Program-made: the position numbers and the translations under genes
Part shown: positions 49,705 through 61,414 of the stretch, piece after piece
Numbering within the stretch: the stretch's first letter is position 1
How the letters are laid out: every line of letters starts with the position of its first letter
Notes under the pieces: generated by a model
Databases searched by the model: none
What the model saw: only the letters and a program-made list of their open reading frames with translations
Told to the model about the DNA's origin: nothing
Assembly: GCA_041650295.1 (NCBI GenBank)
Contig: JBAZLM010000006.1
Coordinates: 728 to 64,727 of the forward strand
DNA: 64,000 nucleotides
From: Candidatus Omnitrophota bacterium
GTDB lineage: Bacteria; Omnitrophota; Gorgyraeia; Gygaellales; Profunditerraquicolaceae
Direction of reading: 5' to 3'

Positions 49705-50791
49705 ACATACAGATGAATATTATATGGAGTTGGCTTTAAAGTTAGCGCTTAAAGCCAAAGGAAAAACTTCACCTAATCCATTAGTCGGAGCATTGGTAGT
49801 CAAGGCTGGTAAAATTGTAGGACGAGGATTTCACGCTAAAGCTGGATTAGCCCATGCTGAGATTGTAGCTTTAGATGAAGCGGCAAATAAGGCAAAAGGT
49901 GCCACACTTTACGTTACCCTTGAGCCGTGTGCGCATACCGGTAGAACCGGTCCTTGTGTGGACCGGATTATTGCTAGTGGAATTAAAGAAGTAGTGATTG
50001 GGATGATCGATCCTAATCCATTGAATAACGGTAAGGGAACTTTAATCCTTAAGCAAAATAATATTAAAGTAAGAGCAGGATTTTTAGAAGATAAATTAAA
50101 AAAAATTAATGAAAGTTTTATAAAATATATTACCACGCGTCTTCCTTTTATAACGGTAAAAGTGGGCCAGTCTTTAGACGGTCGGATCGCTACGCGTACC
50201 GGCGACTCTAAGTGGATTACTTCTGATAAATCGCGGGGTTTTGCGCATAAGATGCGAGAGGATTATGATGCGATTATGGTGGGAGTTAATACCGTTTTAA
50301 GAGATAATCCTCGCCTAAATACCTGGTTTTCGCAAAAGAAGTTAATTAAAATAATTGTGGATAGTACTTTGAGTACACCGGAAAATTCCAATATTTTTGC
50401 TGATAATGCTCAAGTAATTATTGTTACTTTGCCTAGTCGACCGGGTCAGGAGACAGAAAATCGTAAGAATCTAGCAGCGAAAGCTAAAATTTTAGAAGTT
50501 AAGGAGAGGGCTGGTCAGATTAATTTACGTGATGCTTTGAAAAAATTGGCACAACTGCAGATTAGTAATATTATCGTTGAAGGCGGAGGAACTTTAATCG
50601 GTTCGCTTTTTGATGAAAGATTAGTCGATAAGATTATGTTTTTTATTAGTCCTAAAATTATTGGTGGTAAAGATGCTGTTTCTTCAGTAATGGGCTTAGG
50701 GGTAAAGAATGTGGGCCAGGCAATAAAATTGTATGATATAAAAGTTAAACGTTTTGATGATGAGTTTTTAATTCAAGCCAGAGTAAATTAA
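49697..50791 (+). CDS. ribD: Bifunctional diaminohydroxyphosphoribosylaminopyrimidine deaminase / 5-amino-6-(5-phosphoribosylamino)uracil reductase
   Basis: CMP/dCMP-type deaminase motif HAEIVAL...PCAHTGRTGPC plus a reductase C-domain. Confidence 0.9.
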   Translation: MTKHTDEYYMELALKLALKAKGKTSPNPLVGALVVKAGKIVGRGFHAKAGLAHAEIVALDEAANKAKGATLYVTLEPCAHTGRTGPCVDRIIASGIKEVVIGMIDPNPLNNGKGTLILKQNNIKVRAGFLEDKLKKINESFIKYITTRLPFITVKVGQSLDGRIATRTGDSKWITSDKSRGFAHKMREDYDAIMVGVNTVLRDNPRLNTWFSQKKLIKIIVDSTLSTPENSNIFADNAQVIIVTLPSRPGQETENRKNLAAKAKILEVKERAGQINLRDALKKLAQLQISNIIVEGGGTLIGSLFDERLVDKIMFFISPKIIGGKDAVSSVMGLGVKNVGQAIKLYDIKVKRFDDEFLIQARVN

Positions 50792-50792
50792 T

Positions 50793-51368
50793 ATGTTTAC
50801 CGGTATTGTTGAAGAATTAGGAAAAGTAAAAAAAATTGTATCTTTAGCGGGAGTGACCCGTTTAGAGATTAGTGCTGAAATTGTTTTAAAGGATACTAAG
50901 ATCGGTGATAGTGTTGCCATTAATGGTACTTGTCTTACGGTAGTAGCTAAAGGAAGTAATTGGCTTAATTTTGAAGTTATTGATACTACTAGAAAGAATA
51001 CTAATTTAGGATTATTAAAGATTGGACAGCTAGTTAATCTGGAGCGCAGCTTAAAAGTGGGAGATAGGGTTAGTGGTCATTTTGTTAGTGGGCACATTGA
51101 TTGCTTGGGCTTGATTCGTAGGAGGGGTTTGCGTAATGGGAATATTGAATTTGAGGTTGCCGTTCCAACAGATTTTATGCGCTATTGTTTGCCTAAGGGC
51201 TCAATTACTCTAGATGGGATAAGTTTAACTTTAGCCAATATTCGTTCAAATATAATCTGTGTTTCGATTATTCCGCACACTTTTAAAAATACAACGTTAA
51301 ATTTTAAACGGCCTTCAGATAAACTCAACGTTGAATTTGATATTCTTGCCAAGAAAAACTCTGTTTAA
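50793..51368 (+). CDS. ribE: Riboflavin synthase (alpha subunit)
   Basis: MFTGIVEELG N-terminus; two lumazine-binding repeats. Confidence 0.88.
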   Translation: MFTGIVEELGKVKKIVSLAGVTRLEISAEIVLKDTKIGDSVAINGTCLTVVAKGSNWLNFEVIDTTRKNTNLGLLKIGQLVNLERSLKVGDRVSGHFVSGHIDCLGLIRRRGLRNGNIEFEVAVPTDFMRYCLPKGSITLDGISLTLANIRSNIICVSIIPHTFKNTTLNFKRPSDKLNVEFDILAKKNSV

Positions 51369-51422
51369 TTCTTTCTATTATTGCGGATATTTTAAAACTC
51401 TGGTATACTAATTAGATATCTG

Positions 51423-51563
51423 AGATGTAATGGGGGAGTGCCCCGTTACATCTCCACAATTAAAGATTCCGATTCTAGTTTGTACGGGGGCGTGCCCCGT
51501 TGCAAACTTGGGGTTTAAAAATTAAAGTGATAGATGTGGTGGGGGGCGTGCCCCGTTGCATCT
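51423..51563 (+). repeat. Tandem array of three 31-32-bp palindromic units (period ~54-55 bp) derived from the tRNA-Pro 5' leader/acceptor sequence
   Basis: Units 51423-51453, 51477-51508 and 51532-51563, each AGATGnnn-CGGGGGCGTG-CCCCGTTnCATCT. Spacers of 23/23/19 nt share TAAAGATT. The genuine copy AGATGCAA-CGGGGCGTG runs into the tRNA at 51583. Confidence 0.7.
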
Positions 51564-51590
51564 ATTACAACTAAAGATTCTTAGATGCAA

Positions 51591-51664
51591 CGGGGCGTGG
51601 CTCAGCTTGGTAGAGCGCAGCGTTCGGGACGCTGAGGTCACAGGTTCAAGTCCTGTCGCCCCGA
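51591..51664 (+). tRNA. tRNA-Pro (anticodon CGG), 74 nt, CCA not encoded
   Basis: Manual cloverleaf: acceptor CGGGGCG/CGCCCCG (C1:G72 as in bacterial tRNA-Pro), D arm GCTC/GAGC, anticodon stem CAGCG/CGCTG, loop TTCGGGA (G37), T arm ACAGG-TTCAAGT-CCTGT, discriminator A. Confidence 0.85.
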
Positions 51665-51672
51665 TAAAATTT

Positions 51673-51945
51673 ATGAAGAAGCAACTTCATCTTATTTATT
51701 CGGGTAGAGTTCAAGGCATAGGTTTTCGTTACACTGTTTTAGATATCGCCCGCCAGCAGAAAGTGGGAGGCTGGGTAAAAAATTTAGATGATGGTAAGGT
51801 TGAGATTATTGCTGAAGCGGATGAAGATCTGCTTAAAATTTTTTTGTTAAGCATTAATCAACACTTTTCAAATTACGTAAATGATTTAGAGATACGGTGG
51901 CTGCCGGCAAGCGGCGAGCTTAATGTTTTTGAAATTAAATTTTAA
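51673..51945 (+). CDS. acyP: Acylphosphatase
   Basis: VQGIGFRYTV motif; 90 aa. The ORF-track N-terminal extension overlaps the tRNA and is rejected. Confidence 0.8.
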   Translation: MKKQLHLIYSGRVQGIGFRYTVLDIARQQKVGGWVKNLDDGKVEIIAEADEDLLKIFLLSINQHFSNYVNDLEIRWLPASGELNVFEIKF

Positions 51946-54445
<2,500 letters not shown>

Positions 54446-54449
<4 letters not shown>

Positions 54450-55060
54450 TTCTAGAAACTATCTTAGTGGGACCGATGCAAGTTAACTGTTATGTCTTGG
54501 CTTGTGCTAAAAATAGAGAGGCGATTATTATCGATCCCGGAGATCAAACGGATAAGATAAATGCGGTTTTAAATAAATATCTCCTTAAGCCGGCATTAGT
54601 GATTAATACCCATGGTCATTATGATCATATTGGTTCAGATGATGATTTTAATACAGCTGTTTATATACATAAATTAGATTTACCGATGTTGCAACGTGCG
54701 GATAAAAATTTATCTTCATTTTTTTCAAATCCTTATAAAGTTAAGTCTGAAATTAAAACATTAGAAGATGGTCAGATTATTAAGTTAGATTGCTTAGAGC
54801 TAGAAGTTATTCATCTGCCTGGACATACTCCGGGAGGAATTGGATTATTGTTAAAGAAACCGCAGGATAATATTATTTTTACTGGGGATACTTTGTTTTG
54901 CCAAGGTATTGGTCGTTACGATCTTGAAGGATCAAGTCAAGCAGATTTAGAAAAAGCAATTAGAGAAAGATTATTTGTTCTGCCTGCGCAAACAAAAGTT
55001 TATCCTGGGCATGGCAGATCAACGACAATTAAAGATGAGCAGCAGAATAATTTATTTTAA
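54446..55060 (+). CDS. MBL-fold metallo-hydrolase (glyoxalase II-like)
   Basis: HGHYDHIG motif and C-terminal His/Asp ligands. Confidence 0.8.
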
Positions 55061-55066
55061 AGATCA

Positions 55067-55954
55067 ATGAAAGAACTTATTGATTCATTTTTGGATTATT
55101 TATCAGTAGAAAGAGCTTTAGCTAAAAATACAATTTTAGCCTACCGGCAGGATTTAAATATTTATTTAGATTTTATGACTAAACGTGGAATAAATGCTCT
55201 CTCTAAAGTATCTAGAAATGATATTGTGGAATTCATGCATTCTGAGAAGGATAAAGGAGTATCCCCAACTAGTATCTCTCGAAGATTAGCGGCAATTCGC
55301 ATGTTTCATCGGTTTTTAAGCCGGGAGAGAGTTTTAAAAAATGATCCGACTACCTTAATCGAATCGCCAAGATTATGGAAAAAAATCCCGGATACGCTTT
55401 CATTAAATGAGGTAGAAGCGTTAATTAGTCAGCCGGATCCTCGTGATCATCAAGGGGCTAGAGACAAAGCAATTTTAGAGACACTTTATGCTACCGGGAT
55501 GCGTGTATCTGAAATTTGTGGTTTAAAAACAAATAATGTAAATTTAGATATTGGTTTTTTGCGCTGCATTGGAAAAGGCAATAAAGAGAGAATTATCCCT
55601 TTAGGAAAAAAAGCGATTCATAGCATTAATCGATATTTGGAGTTTGCTCGCCAGTATTTTTTAAAGAAAAAAACAGGGGAAAATCTTTTTATTAGTCGTT
55701 CGGGAGCAAAATTATCCAGACAATCAATTTGGAAGTTAATTAAACGTTATGCTAAAGAAGCAAAGATTAAAAAACCAATTAAGGTGCATACATTAAGACA
55801 TTCTTTTGCTACGCATTTATTAGAGCGCGGTGCTGACCTGCGTTCAGTTCAAGAGATGCTGGGGCATTCGAATATTTCTACTACGCAGATTTATACGCAT
55901 ATTGATAAAGAGAGACTAAAATCAATTCATAAGATGTTTCATCCGCGACCATAG
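55067..55954 (+). CDS. xerD: Tyrosine site-specific recombinase XerD/XerC
   Basis: R...HxxR...Y catalytic set (HTLRHSFATHLL...IYTH). Xer-type N-terminal domain; housekeeping context. Confidence 0.8.
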   Translation: MKELIDSFLDYLSVERALAKNTILAYRQDLNIYLDFMTKRGINALSKVSRNDIVEFMHSEKDKGVSPTSISRRLAAIRMFHRFLSRERVLKNDPTTLIESPRLWKKIPDTLSLNEVEALISQPDPRDHQGARDKAILETLYATGMRVSEICGLKTNNVNLDIGFLRCIGKGNKERIIPLGKKAIHSINRYLEFARQYFLKKKTGENLFISRSGAKLSRQSIWKLIKRYAKEAKIKKPIKVHTLRHSFATHLLERGADLRSVQEMLGHSNISTTQIYTHIDKERLKSIHKMFHPRP

Positions 55955-55956
55955 CT

Positions 55957-57228
55957 ATGAAAAAATATTTAGAAAAATTACCGCAAAAATTAAAAAAAAT
56001 TATTCATTTAGCAACGCTCACCTCTAAAGAGAGCAAGATGCCGGCTTATTTAGTGGGTGGATTTGTGCGCGATTTAATTTTGCAAGTAATTAACTTTGAT
56101 TTAGATATAACGGTAGAGGGAAGCGGGATTATCTTTGCGCAAAAGTTAGCTAAGAAATTAAAGGCCAAGATAATTATCCATGAACGATTTGGAACCGCAA
56201 CCTTAACTTTAGCTGATGGTTTAAAGGTGGATATTGCCACTACCCGAAATGAACAGTATCCGACTAGTGCTGCTCTTCCTACGGTAAGCTTAGGTTCCTT
56301 AAGAGAGGATCTTAATCGACGTGATTTTACGATTAATGCTATGGCGGTTAGCATCGCTAGGGATCAGGAACAAAAGTTAATTGATCCTTTTGGTGGTAAA
56401 GAAGATTTAAAAGAAGGTTGGATTCGTGTTTTACATGAGAGAAGCTTTTGTGATGATCCGACGCGCGTATTGAGGGCGATTCGTTTCCAACAGCGTTTTA
56501 ATTTTAAGATTGAACCTAAAACTTTGGGATTACTTAAGCAGGCGATTAAAAACGGGTTATTAAATAAAGTGCATGCGCATAGAATGCGCGATGATTTTAT
56601 TTTAATGCTTAAAGAAAAATATCCACTAAAACAGATTAAGCAACTGTCCGTTTTAAATGGTCTGTCTTTTATCAGCGACAAATTAAGATTTGATAAAGCT
56701 ATGCAGAGCTTGTTTAAATCAACCGAAAAAGAGATAGCTTGGTTTATTAAAAATTATCCCGGTCGTAGATTATTAGATATCTGGTTGATTTATCTTACAG
56801 TGCTTTTAAAACCGCTTAATTTGACTCAGATTAAAATGGTGGTTTCTAAATTAGGTTTGCGTAAAGGGGAAGCAAAGCGGATTATTGGTTATCATCAAAA
56901 GAGTGAAATAATAATTGCGGCATTAAGTAAAAAAGGGATTACTCCTACGCAGGTTTTTTCATTACTAGAGCCAATTAGCTATGAAGAGATAATTTTATTG
57001 CGAATTGTTTGTCGGGATAAGCATCTTAAGCAATATATTACTGATTTCTTTAAGATTTACAATGGCACTAAGCTTTACGTAGGAGGACAGGATTTAGCTA
57101 GTTTAGGTTTTGTGCCTGGTCCGGGATATCAAAAGATATTTGCACAAGTTTTAACGGCTAAACTGAACGGCCAAGTAAAAAATCGTCTTCAAGAGTTAGA
57201 GTTGATTAAAAAATTAACCAATAAATAA
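55957..57228 (+). CDS. cca: CCA-adding enzyme / poly(A) polymerase-family tRNA nucleotidyltransferase
   Basis: Head domain GGFVRDLIL...DLDITVE (GGxxRD...DxD). Confidence 0.75.
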   Translation: MKKYLEKLPQKLKKIIHLATLTSKESKMPAYLVGGFVRDLILQVINFDLDITVEGSGIIFAQKLAKKLKAKIIIHERFGTATLTLADGLKVDIATTRNEQYPTSAALPTVSLGSLREDLNRRDFTINAMAVSIARDQEQKLIDPFGGKEDLKEGWIRVLHERSFCDDPTRVLRAIRFQQRFNFKIEPKTLGLLKQAIKNGLLNKVHAHRMRDDFILMLKEKYPLKQIKQLSVLNGLSFISDKLRFDKAMQSLFKSTEKEIAWFIKNYPGRRLLDIWLIYLTVLLKPLNLTQIKMVVSKLGLRKGEAKRIIGYHQKSEIIIAALSKKGITPTQVFSLLEPISYEEIILLRIVCRDKHLKQYITDFFKIYNGTKLYVGGQDLASLGFVPGPGYQKIFAQVLTAKLNGQVKNRLQELELIKKLTNK

Positions 57229-57250
57229 TTAAAGAAACGGAGTAGATCAA

Positions 57251-57646
57251 ATGCCTAGACGTGAGCGGGTAGAAGAAGCGATAAAAAAAGAAGTAAGTAC
57301 GATTATTCATGATGAGCTTAAGGATCCGCGCATTGGATTTGTGACGATTATTCGCGTGGAGTTATCTGAAGATTTAAGAAATGCACGAATTTTTTATAGC
57401 GTATTAGGAAATGATGATGCGCGCAGAAAAACTAAGTTGGCTTTAGACTCAGCCTTGGGATATGTACGTAGTCTGGTTGCTCAGAGAATAAATATGCGTT
57501 TTGCTACTGAACTTATCTTTCAAGAAGATCATTCTTCTGAATATAGTGTGAAAATTGAAGAGATCTTAACTAAAATAAAAGATCTACCTACTGCAAAAAC
57601 AGAAAACACAGAACCTAAAAAGGATGATCAAGATGAGTCTAAATGA
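57251..57646 (+). CDS. rbfA: Ribosome-binding factor A
   Basis: RbfA KH-like fold sequence (RVEEAIKKEVSTIIHDELKDPRIGFVTI). Confidence 0.88.
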   Translation: MPRRERVEEAIKKEVSTIIHDELKDPRIGFVTIIRVELSEDLRNARIFYSVLGNDDARRKTKLALDSALGYVRSLVAQRINMRFATELIFQEDHSSEYSVKIEEILTKIKDLPTAKTENTEPKKDDQDESK

Positions 57647-58604
57647 AGCTTGTAGGGCTATAAAAAAATATAATAATTTTTTAATTACTGCGCATACTAG
57701 TCCAGAGGGGGATGCTTTGGGTGCAGAGTTAGGATTTTATGGTTTGATTAAAAAATTGGGCAAAAAAGGAACCATTATTAATGAGGACAAAATACCATAT
57801 GGCTATGATTTTTTACCAAAATTTGAACGTATTAATTTATTAAGTAAGAGTTTTGGGAAAATTAACTTTGATTGCTTGGTGGTTTTAGATTGTGCAGATT
57901 TGAAACGCACGGGAGATGTTTATAAGCTAAATCAGCATAAGAAACCTATATTAAATATTGATCACCATATAAGCAATCGCAATTTTGGTACGGTGAATTG
58001 GGTTGACCCTAAAGCTTCTTCATGTTCAGAGATGATTTATAAATTGTATAAAAAGTTGCGCCTACCCTTTAATAAAGATGATGCGCTGGCTTTGTATACT
58101 GGAATAATGACGGATACTGGTTCATTTCATTATTCTAATACCTCTAGCGATACTTTTAAAGCTGCTGCTGATTTGTTAAAATTTGGAATAAATGTAGCGC
58201 AAGTTTATCGAGCTGCTTATGAAAATATCCCACCAGCTGATGTTGTATTGTTGCTTAAATTGTTGCCTAAAATTAAGTTTTATGGTCAAGGCAAGATTGT
58301 CGGGTTTCAAATTAAAAAAGAGTTAATGAAAAATAGAAAACCTTGTGTTGATTTGGCGGATCAACTTTTAAGTTTTGGCCGCTCGATCAAAGGAGTAGAG
58401 GTGGTAGTTTTGTTTAAAGAAAATTTGGGAAACAAGGACGAGGTTCGTGTAAATTTAAGAAGTCAGGGTAAGGTTGATGTAAATCAAGTAGCTGCTTTTT
58501 TTGGCGGAGGTGGACATAAGAGTGCTGCGGGTTGTACCCTGCCTGGCAAAGTAGATCAAATTGTTAAAAAAGTTATTTTAAAACTTAATCACTCTTTAAA
58601 TTAG
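57624..58604 (+). CDS. nrnA: DHH/DHHA1 phosphoesterase NrnA (oligoribonuclease / pAp phosphatase)
   Basis: DHH motifs (ITAHTSPEGDALG, DHHISN) and a DHHA1 C-terminus (GGGGH). Confidence 0.8.
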   Translation: MIKMSLNEACRAIKKYNNFLITAHTSPEGDALGAELGFYGLIKKLGKKGTIINEDKIPYGYDFLPKFERINLLSKSFGKINFDCLVVLDCADLKRTGDVYKLNQHKKPILNIDHHISNRNFGTVNWVDPKASSCSEMIYKLYKKLRLPFNKDDALALYTGIMTDTGSFHYSNTSSDTFKAAADLLKFGINVAQVYRAAYENIPPADVVLLLKLLPKIKFYGQGKIVGFQIKKELMKNRKPCVDLADQLLSFGRSIKGVEVVVLFKENLGNKDEVRVNLRSQGKVDVNQVAAFFGGGGHKSAAGCTLPGKVDQIVKKVILKLNHSLN

Positions 58605-58610
58605 TCTCAA

Positions 58611-59513
58611 ATGATTGTAATCAGTGGAATAAAAAAAATTAAAAAATTTATTAGACCAGTAGTGGCCTTAGGAGTTTTTGATGGCCTGCATCGCGGACAT
58701 CGTATTATTCTTAAGGCAGCGGTAAAACGTGCGCGTGAAATTCAAGGAACAAGCATTGCCTTAACCTTTTATCCACATCCTAAAAATCAACTTAGCCTTA
58801 ATTCATTAGAGCATCGCGTAAAATTGATCGCGCAGCTGGGAATTGATGTTTGTATTGTGATAGATTTTACTACAAGTTTTGCTAATATGTCGGCCAGCGA
58901 TTTTATTGATAAAATATTAGTGCAAAAAATGGAAGTTGATTTTATTTATGTGGGAAAAAATTTTCATTTTGGCTATAAAGCTGCTGGTAGTTATGAATTA
59001 TTAAAAAATGCAGAAAAAAAATTTAATTTTAAAGTTCGCGGTTTTAATATTTTAAAATCAAAGGATGAAATAATTAGTAGCACCATGATTAGGAAATTAA
59101 TTAAGAGTGCTAAAATTAAAGTTGCACAAAGGTTATTAGGCCGGCGAGTTAGTATTTTAGGCTCAGTGATTAAGGGAAGTCGCCTGGCTAGAGTTTTAGG
59201 TTTTCCGACGGCAAACATTAATCCTCACCATGAAATAATTCCCGCTGATGGTATTTATGCAGTTAAAGTGGGAATTTTAAAAAAAAGTTATAAAGGAATT
59301 TGCTATATTGGTAAAAAACCAACATTGGGTGATAAGAATAGATCTGTCCATATTGAGGTACACATATTTAATTTTAATAAAAATATATACGGTCAAACAT
59401 TAGAGATTCAATTTATAGAGTTGATTCGTTTAGATAAAAAATTCTCTTCGTTAAAGAAATTAACGCAACAAATTAAAAAAGATATCACCACTTGCCGTAA
59501 AATTCTGCAGTAG
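58611..59513 (+). CDS. ribF: Bifunctional riboflavin kinase / FMN adenylyltransferase
   Basis: VALGVFDGLHRGH nucleotidyltransferase motif plus a riboflavin kinase C-domain. Confidence 0.9.
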   Translation: MIVISGIKKIKKFIRPVVALGVFDGLHRGHRIILKAAVKRAREIQGTSIALTFYPHPKNQLSLNSLEHRVKLIAQLGIDVCIVIDFTTSFANMSASDFIDKILVQKMEVDFIYVGKNFHFGYKAAGSYELLKNAEKKFNFKVRGFNILKSKDEIISSTMIRKLIKSAKIKVAQRLLGRRVSILGSVIKGSRLARVLGFPTANINPHHEIIPADGIYAVKVGILKKSYKGICYIGKKPTLGDKNRSVHIEVHIFNFNKNIYGQTLEIQFIELIRLDKKFSSLKKLTQQIKKDITTCRKILQ

Positions 59514-59598
59514 CATCCCAAAATACCACAATATCTTGATATTTGGATAAACTTATCCACAATTGCTTGTATTCATTCAATTTAGAGAGATTTTTTTC

Positions 59599-59627
59599 TT
59601 GACAAGGGCAAGCATTTTGTCTATACT
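59599..59627 (+). promoter_or_regulatory. Sigma70 promoter TTGACA-17-TATACT (mraZ / dcw promoter)
   Basis: Perfect -35, 17-bp spacer, near-consensus -10; 48 nt upstream of the mraZ ATG. Confidence 0.6.
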
Positions 59628-59638
59628 CTAACCATTGA

Positions 59639-59662
59639 GTGGTTAAAAGTGGAGTAAAGTGG
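59639..59662 (+). promoter_or_regulatory. Putative MraZ operator: three GTGG direct repeats at exact 10-bp periodicity
   Basis: GTGG at 59639, 59649 and 59659, between the -10 and the mraZ RBS. Matches the three-repeat MraZ-binding architecture described in E. coli. Confidence 0.55.
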
Positions 59663-59675
59663 AAGGAAGCAGAAA

Positions 59676-60113
59676 ATGTTCTACGGTGAATTTGAGCACT
59701 CTATAGATCGTAAGGGCCGATTAATTTTACCGGCAAAATTCCGCGAAGTGGCGAAAAATCAATTCGTGGAAAAGTTTTTTATTACCCGCGGTTTAGATAA
59801 ATGTCTTTTTATGTTCGCCGAGGAAGAATGGCGTTCGCAAGAAAATAAATTTAAAACCATGTCTTTTACTAAGCAACAGTCGCGTATTTTTAACCGGTTG
59901 CTTTTTAGTGGAGCAGTAGAAATTTGTGCGGATAAACAAGGACGGGTTTTAGTGCCCCAATATTTAAAAGATTTTGCGCAAATTAAAAAAGATGTGATGG
60001 TAGTGGGGGTTTCTAATCGTATTGAGATTTGGGCTAAGGATACTTGGGCTGATTTTTATGCTAACAGCCGTCAATCTTTTGAAGAGATTGCTGAGAAGCT
60101 AATGGATGTATAA
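59676..60113 (+). CDS. mraZ: Transcriptional regulator MraZ
   Basis: Two DxxxR-type MraZ repeats (SIDRKGRLILP, DKQGRVLVP). Confidence 0.92.
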   Translation: MFYGEFEHSIDRKGRLILPAKFREVAKNQFVEKFFITRGLDKCLFMFAEEEWRSQENKFKTMSFTKQQSRIFNRLLFSGAVEICADKQGRVLVPQYLKDFAQIKKDVMVVGVSNRIEIWAKDTWADFYANSRQSFEEIAEKLMDV

Positions 60114-61016
60114 ATGTTAGAAATGAATTTGCACGTTCCGGTAATGTTGGATGAAGTTATTGATTATCTAAAGCTTGCGCCAGGGCAAGTGATTGTGGAT
60201 GCAACTTTAGGTAATGGTGGACATGCTCTGGAGATCTTAAAACGTATAACTCCGGGTGGGCGATTGATTGGCATTGATCGTGATGAAAGTTCATTAGAGA
60301 TTTGTCGACAAAGATTAGCGCAGTATAAAGATTGTACTGAATTTGTGCATGCAAATTTTTCAGAGATAGATTCAGTTCTAAGTACACTGGGAGTTGATCA
60401 AGTAGATGGAATAGTTTTTGATTTAGGAATTTCTACCTATCAACTTAAAGATCCTCAGCGCGGATTTAGTTTTCAAGAGGAGGGGCCACTAGATATGCGT
60501 TTAGATAAAAGTAGTTATATATCGGCGTATGATTTAGTGAATAACTTAAATGAAAATGAGATCTCGGATATGCTTTGGAATTTTGGTCAGGAACGTTGGC
60601 ATAACCGGATTGCGCATTTATTAGTTGAAGAACGCAAAACAGCGGCGATCTCTACAACTAAGCAGTTAGCTAATTTAGTGATGCGGGCCATTCCTCATCG
60701 TTATCGGAAAAGTTATTACCGGATTCATCCGGCAACGCGTACTTTTCAAGCAATACGGATTGCCGTTAATCGAGAATTAGAAATTTTAGAAAGTACGATT
60801 AAGAAAGCCGTTGCAATTTTAAAAAAGCAGGCTAGAATATGTGTTATTTCATTTCATTCTTTAGAAGATCGCGCGATTAAACATACATTTCGGGCATTAA
60901 AGGCCGACGGATTAATAGAAATTATTACACCTAAACCCCTGACGCCGATGATGAGCGAGATTGAGAATAATCACGCCAGTCGTAGCTCTAAGCTTAGGGT
61001 AGCCATGAGGATATAA
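60114..61016 (+). CDS. rsmH: 16S rRNA (cytosine1402-N4)-methyltransferase
   Basis: MraW family, SAM-binding DATLGNGGH. Confidence 0.92.
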   Translation: MLEMNLHVPVMLDEVIDYLKLAPGQVIVDATLGNGGHALEILKRITPGGRLIGIDRDESSLEICRQRLAQYKDCTEFVHANFSEIDSVLSTLGVDQVDGIVFDLGISTYQLKDPQRGFSFQEEGPLDMRLDKSSYISAYDLVNNLNENEISDMLWNFGQERWHNRIAHLLVEERKTAAISTTKQLANLVMRAIPHRYRKSYYRIHPATRTFQAIRIAVNRELEILESTIKKAVAILKKQARICVISFHSLEDRAIKHTFRALKADGLIEIITPKPLTPMMSEIENNHASRSSKLRVAMRI

Positions 61017-61021
61017 GAAAA

Positions 61022-61390
61022 ATGAAGCTAACTAAATTTTTATCGATGGTTATATTTATTACCTCATTTTGCGTGTTGTATGTTTATCAACAAAGCGAGA
61101 TATTTCGCTTGGCTTATTTAGGGCAAAAGAAACAAGCGGTTTTTACAGAATTGCTAGATAAAAATACTGCGCTAAAGTATAATATTAACAAAAGTTCTTC
61201 TTTGGTAAATATTGGAAATCGTATTAATCAGTCTCAGGATTTTCAGATGCCGGATAATTATCGATTTGTTAAGTTTATTGCTTCTAAGGAAGGTTTAAAA
61301 GTTGCAGATCAGAATCAGAATCAAGAAAGTCTTTTAGCACGGATTTTTAGTTTAAAGCGTGAAGCGGTGGCAAAAACAATTAACCCCTAA
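61022..61390 (+). CDS. ftsL: Cell division protein FtsL-like (single TM + coiled coil)
   Basis: Position between rsmH and ftsI; N-terminal TM helix. Confidence 0.55.
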   Translation: MKLTKFLSMVIFITSFCVLYVYQQSEIFRLAYLGQKKQAVFTELLDKNTALKYNINKSSSLVNIGNRINQSQDFQMPDNYRFVKFIASKEGLKVADQNQNQESLLARIFSLKREAVAKTINP

Positions 61391-61414
61391 TATTTATTAC
61401 TCCTAAAAAATCTA

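Noticed and set aside
51423-51563. Possible CRISPR array upstream of tRNA-Pro (regular 31-32-bp repeats with about 23-bp spacers)
   Set aside because: Repeats are imperfect palindromes derived from the adjacent tRNA leader/acceptor. Spacers are too short and mutually similar (shared TAAAGATT). No cas genes nearby.
51556-51945. 129-aa ORF from the 6-frame track starting at 51556
   Set aside because: Its N-terminal 39 codons overlap the tRNA-Pro gene. Homology (acylphosphatase VQGIGFR motif) begins at the internal ATG 51673.
55067-55954. Tyrosine recombinase 3.4 kb from a tRNA gene as the integrase of an integrated mobile element
   Set aside because: The protein has the XerC/XerD-type N-terminal domain. 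Flanking genes are core (ligA, cca, rbfA, nrnA, ribF). No direct repeats of the tRNA 3' end, no phage or plasmid genes, and no compositional shift.
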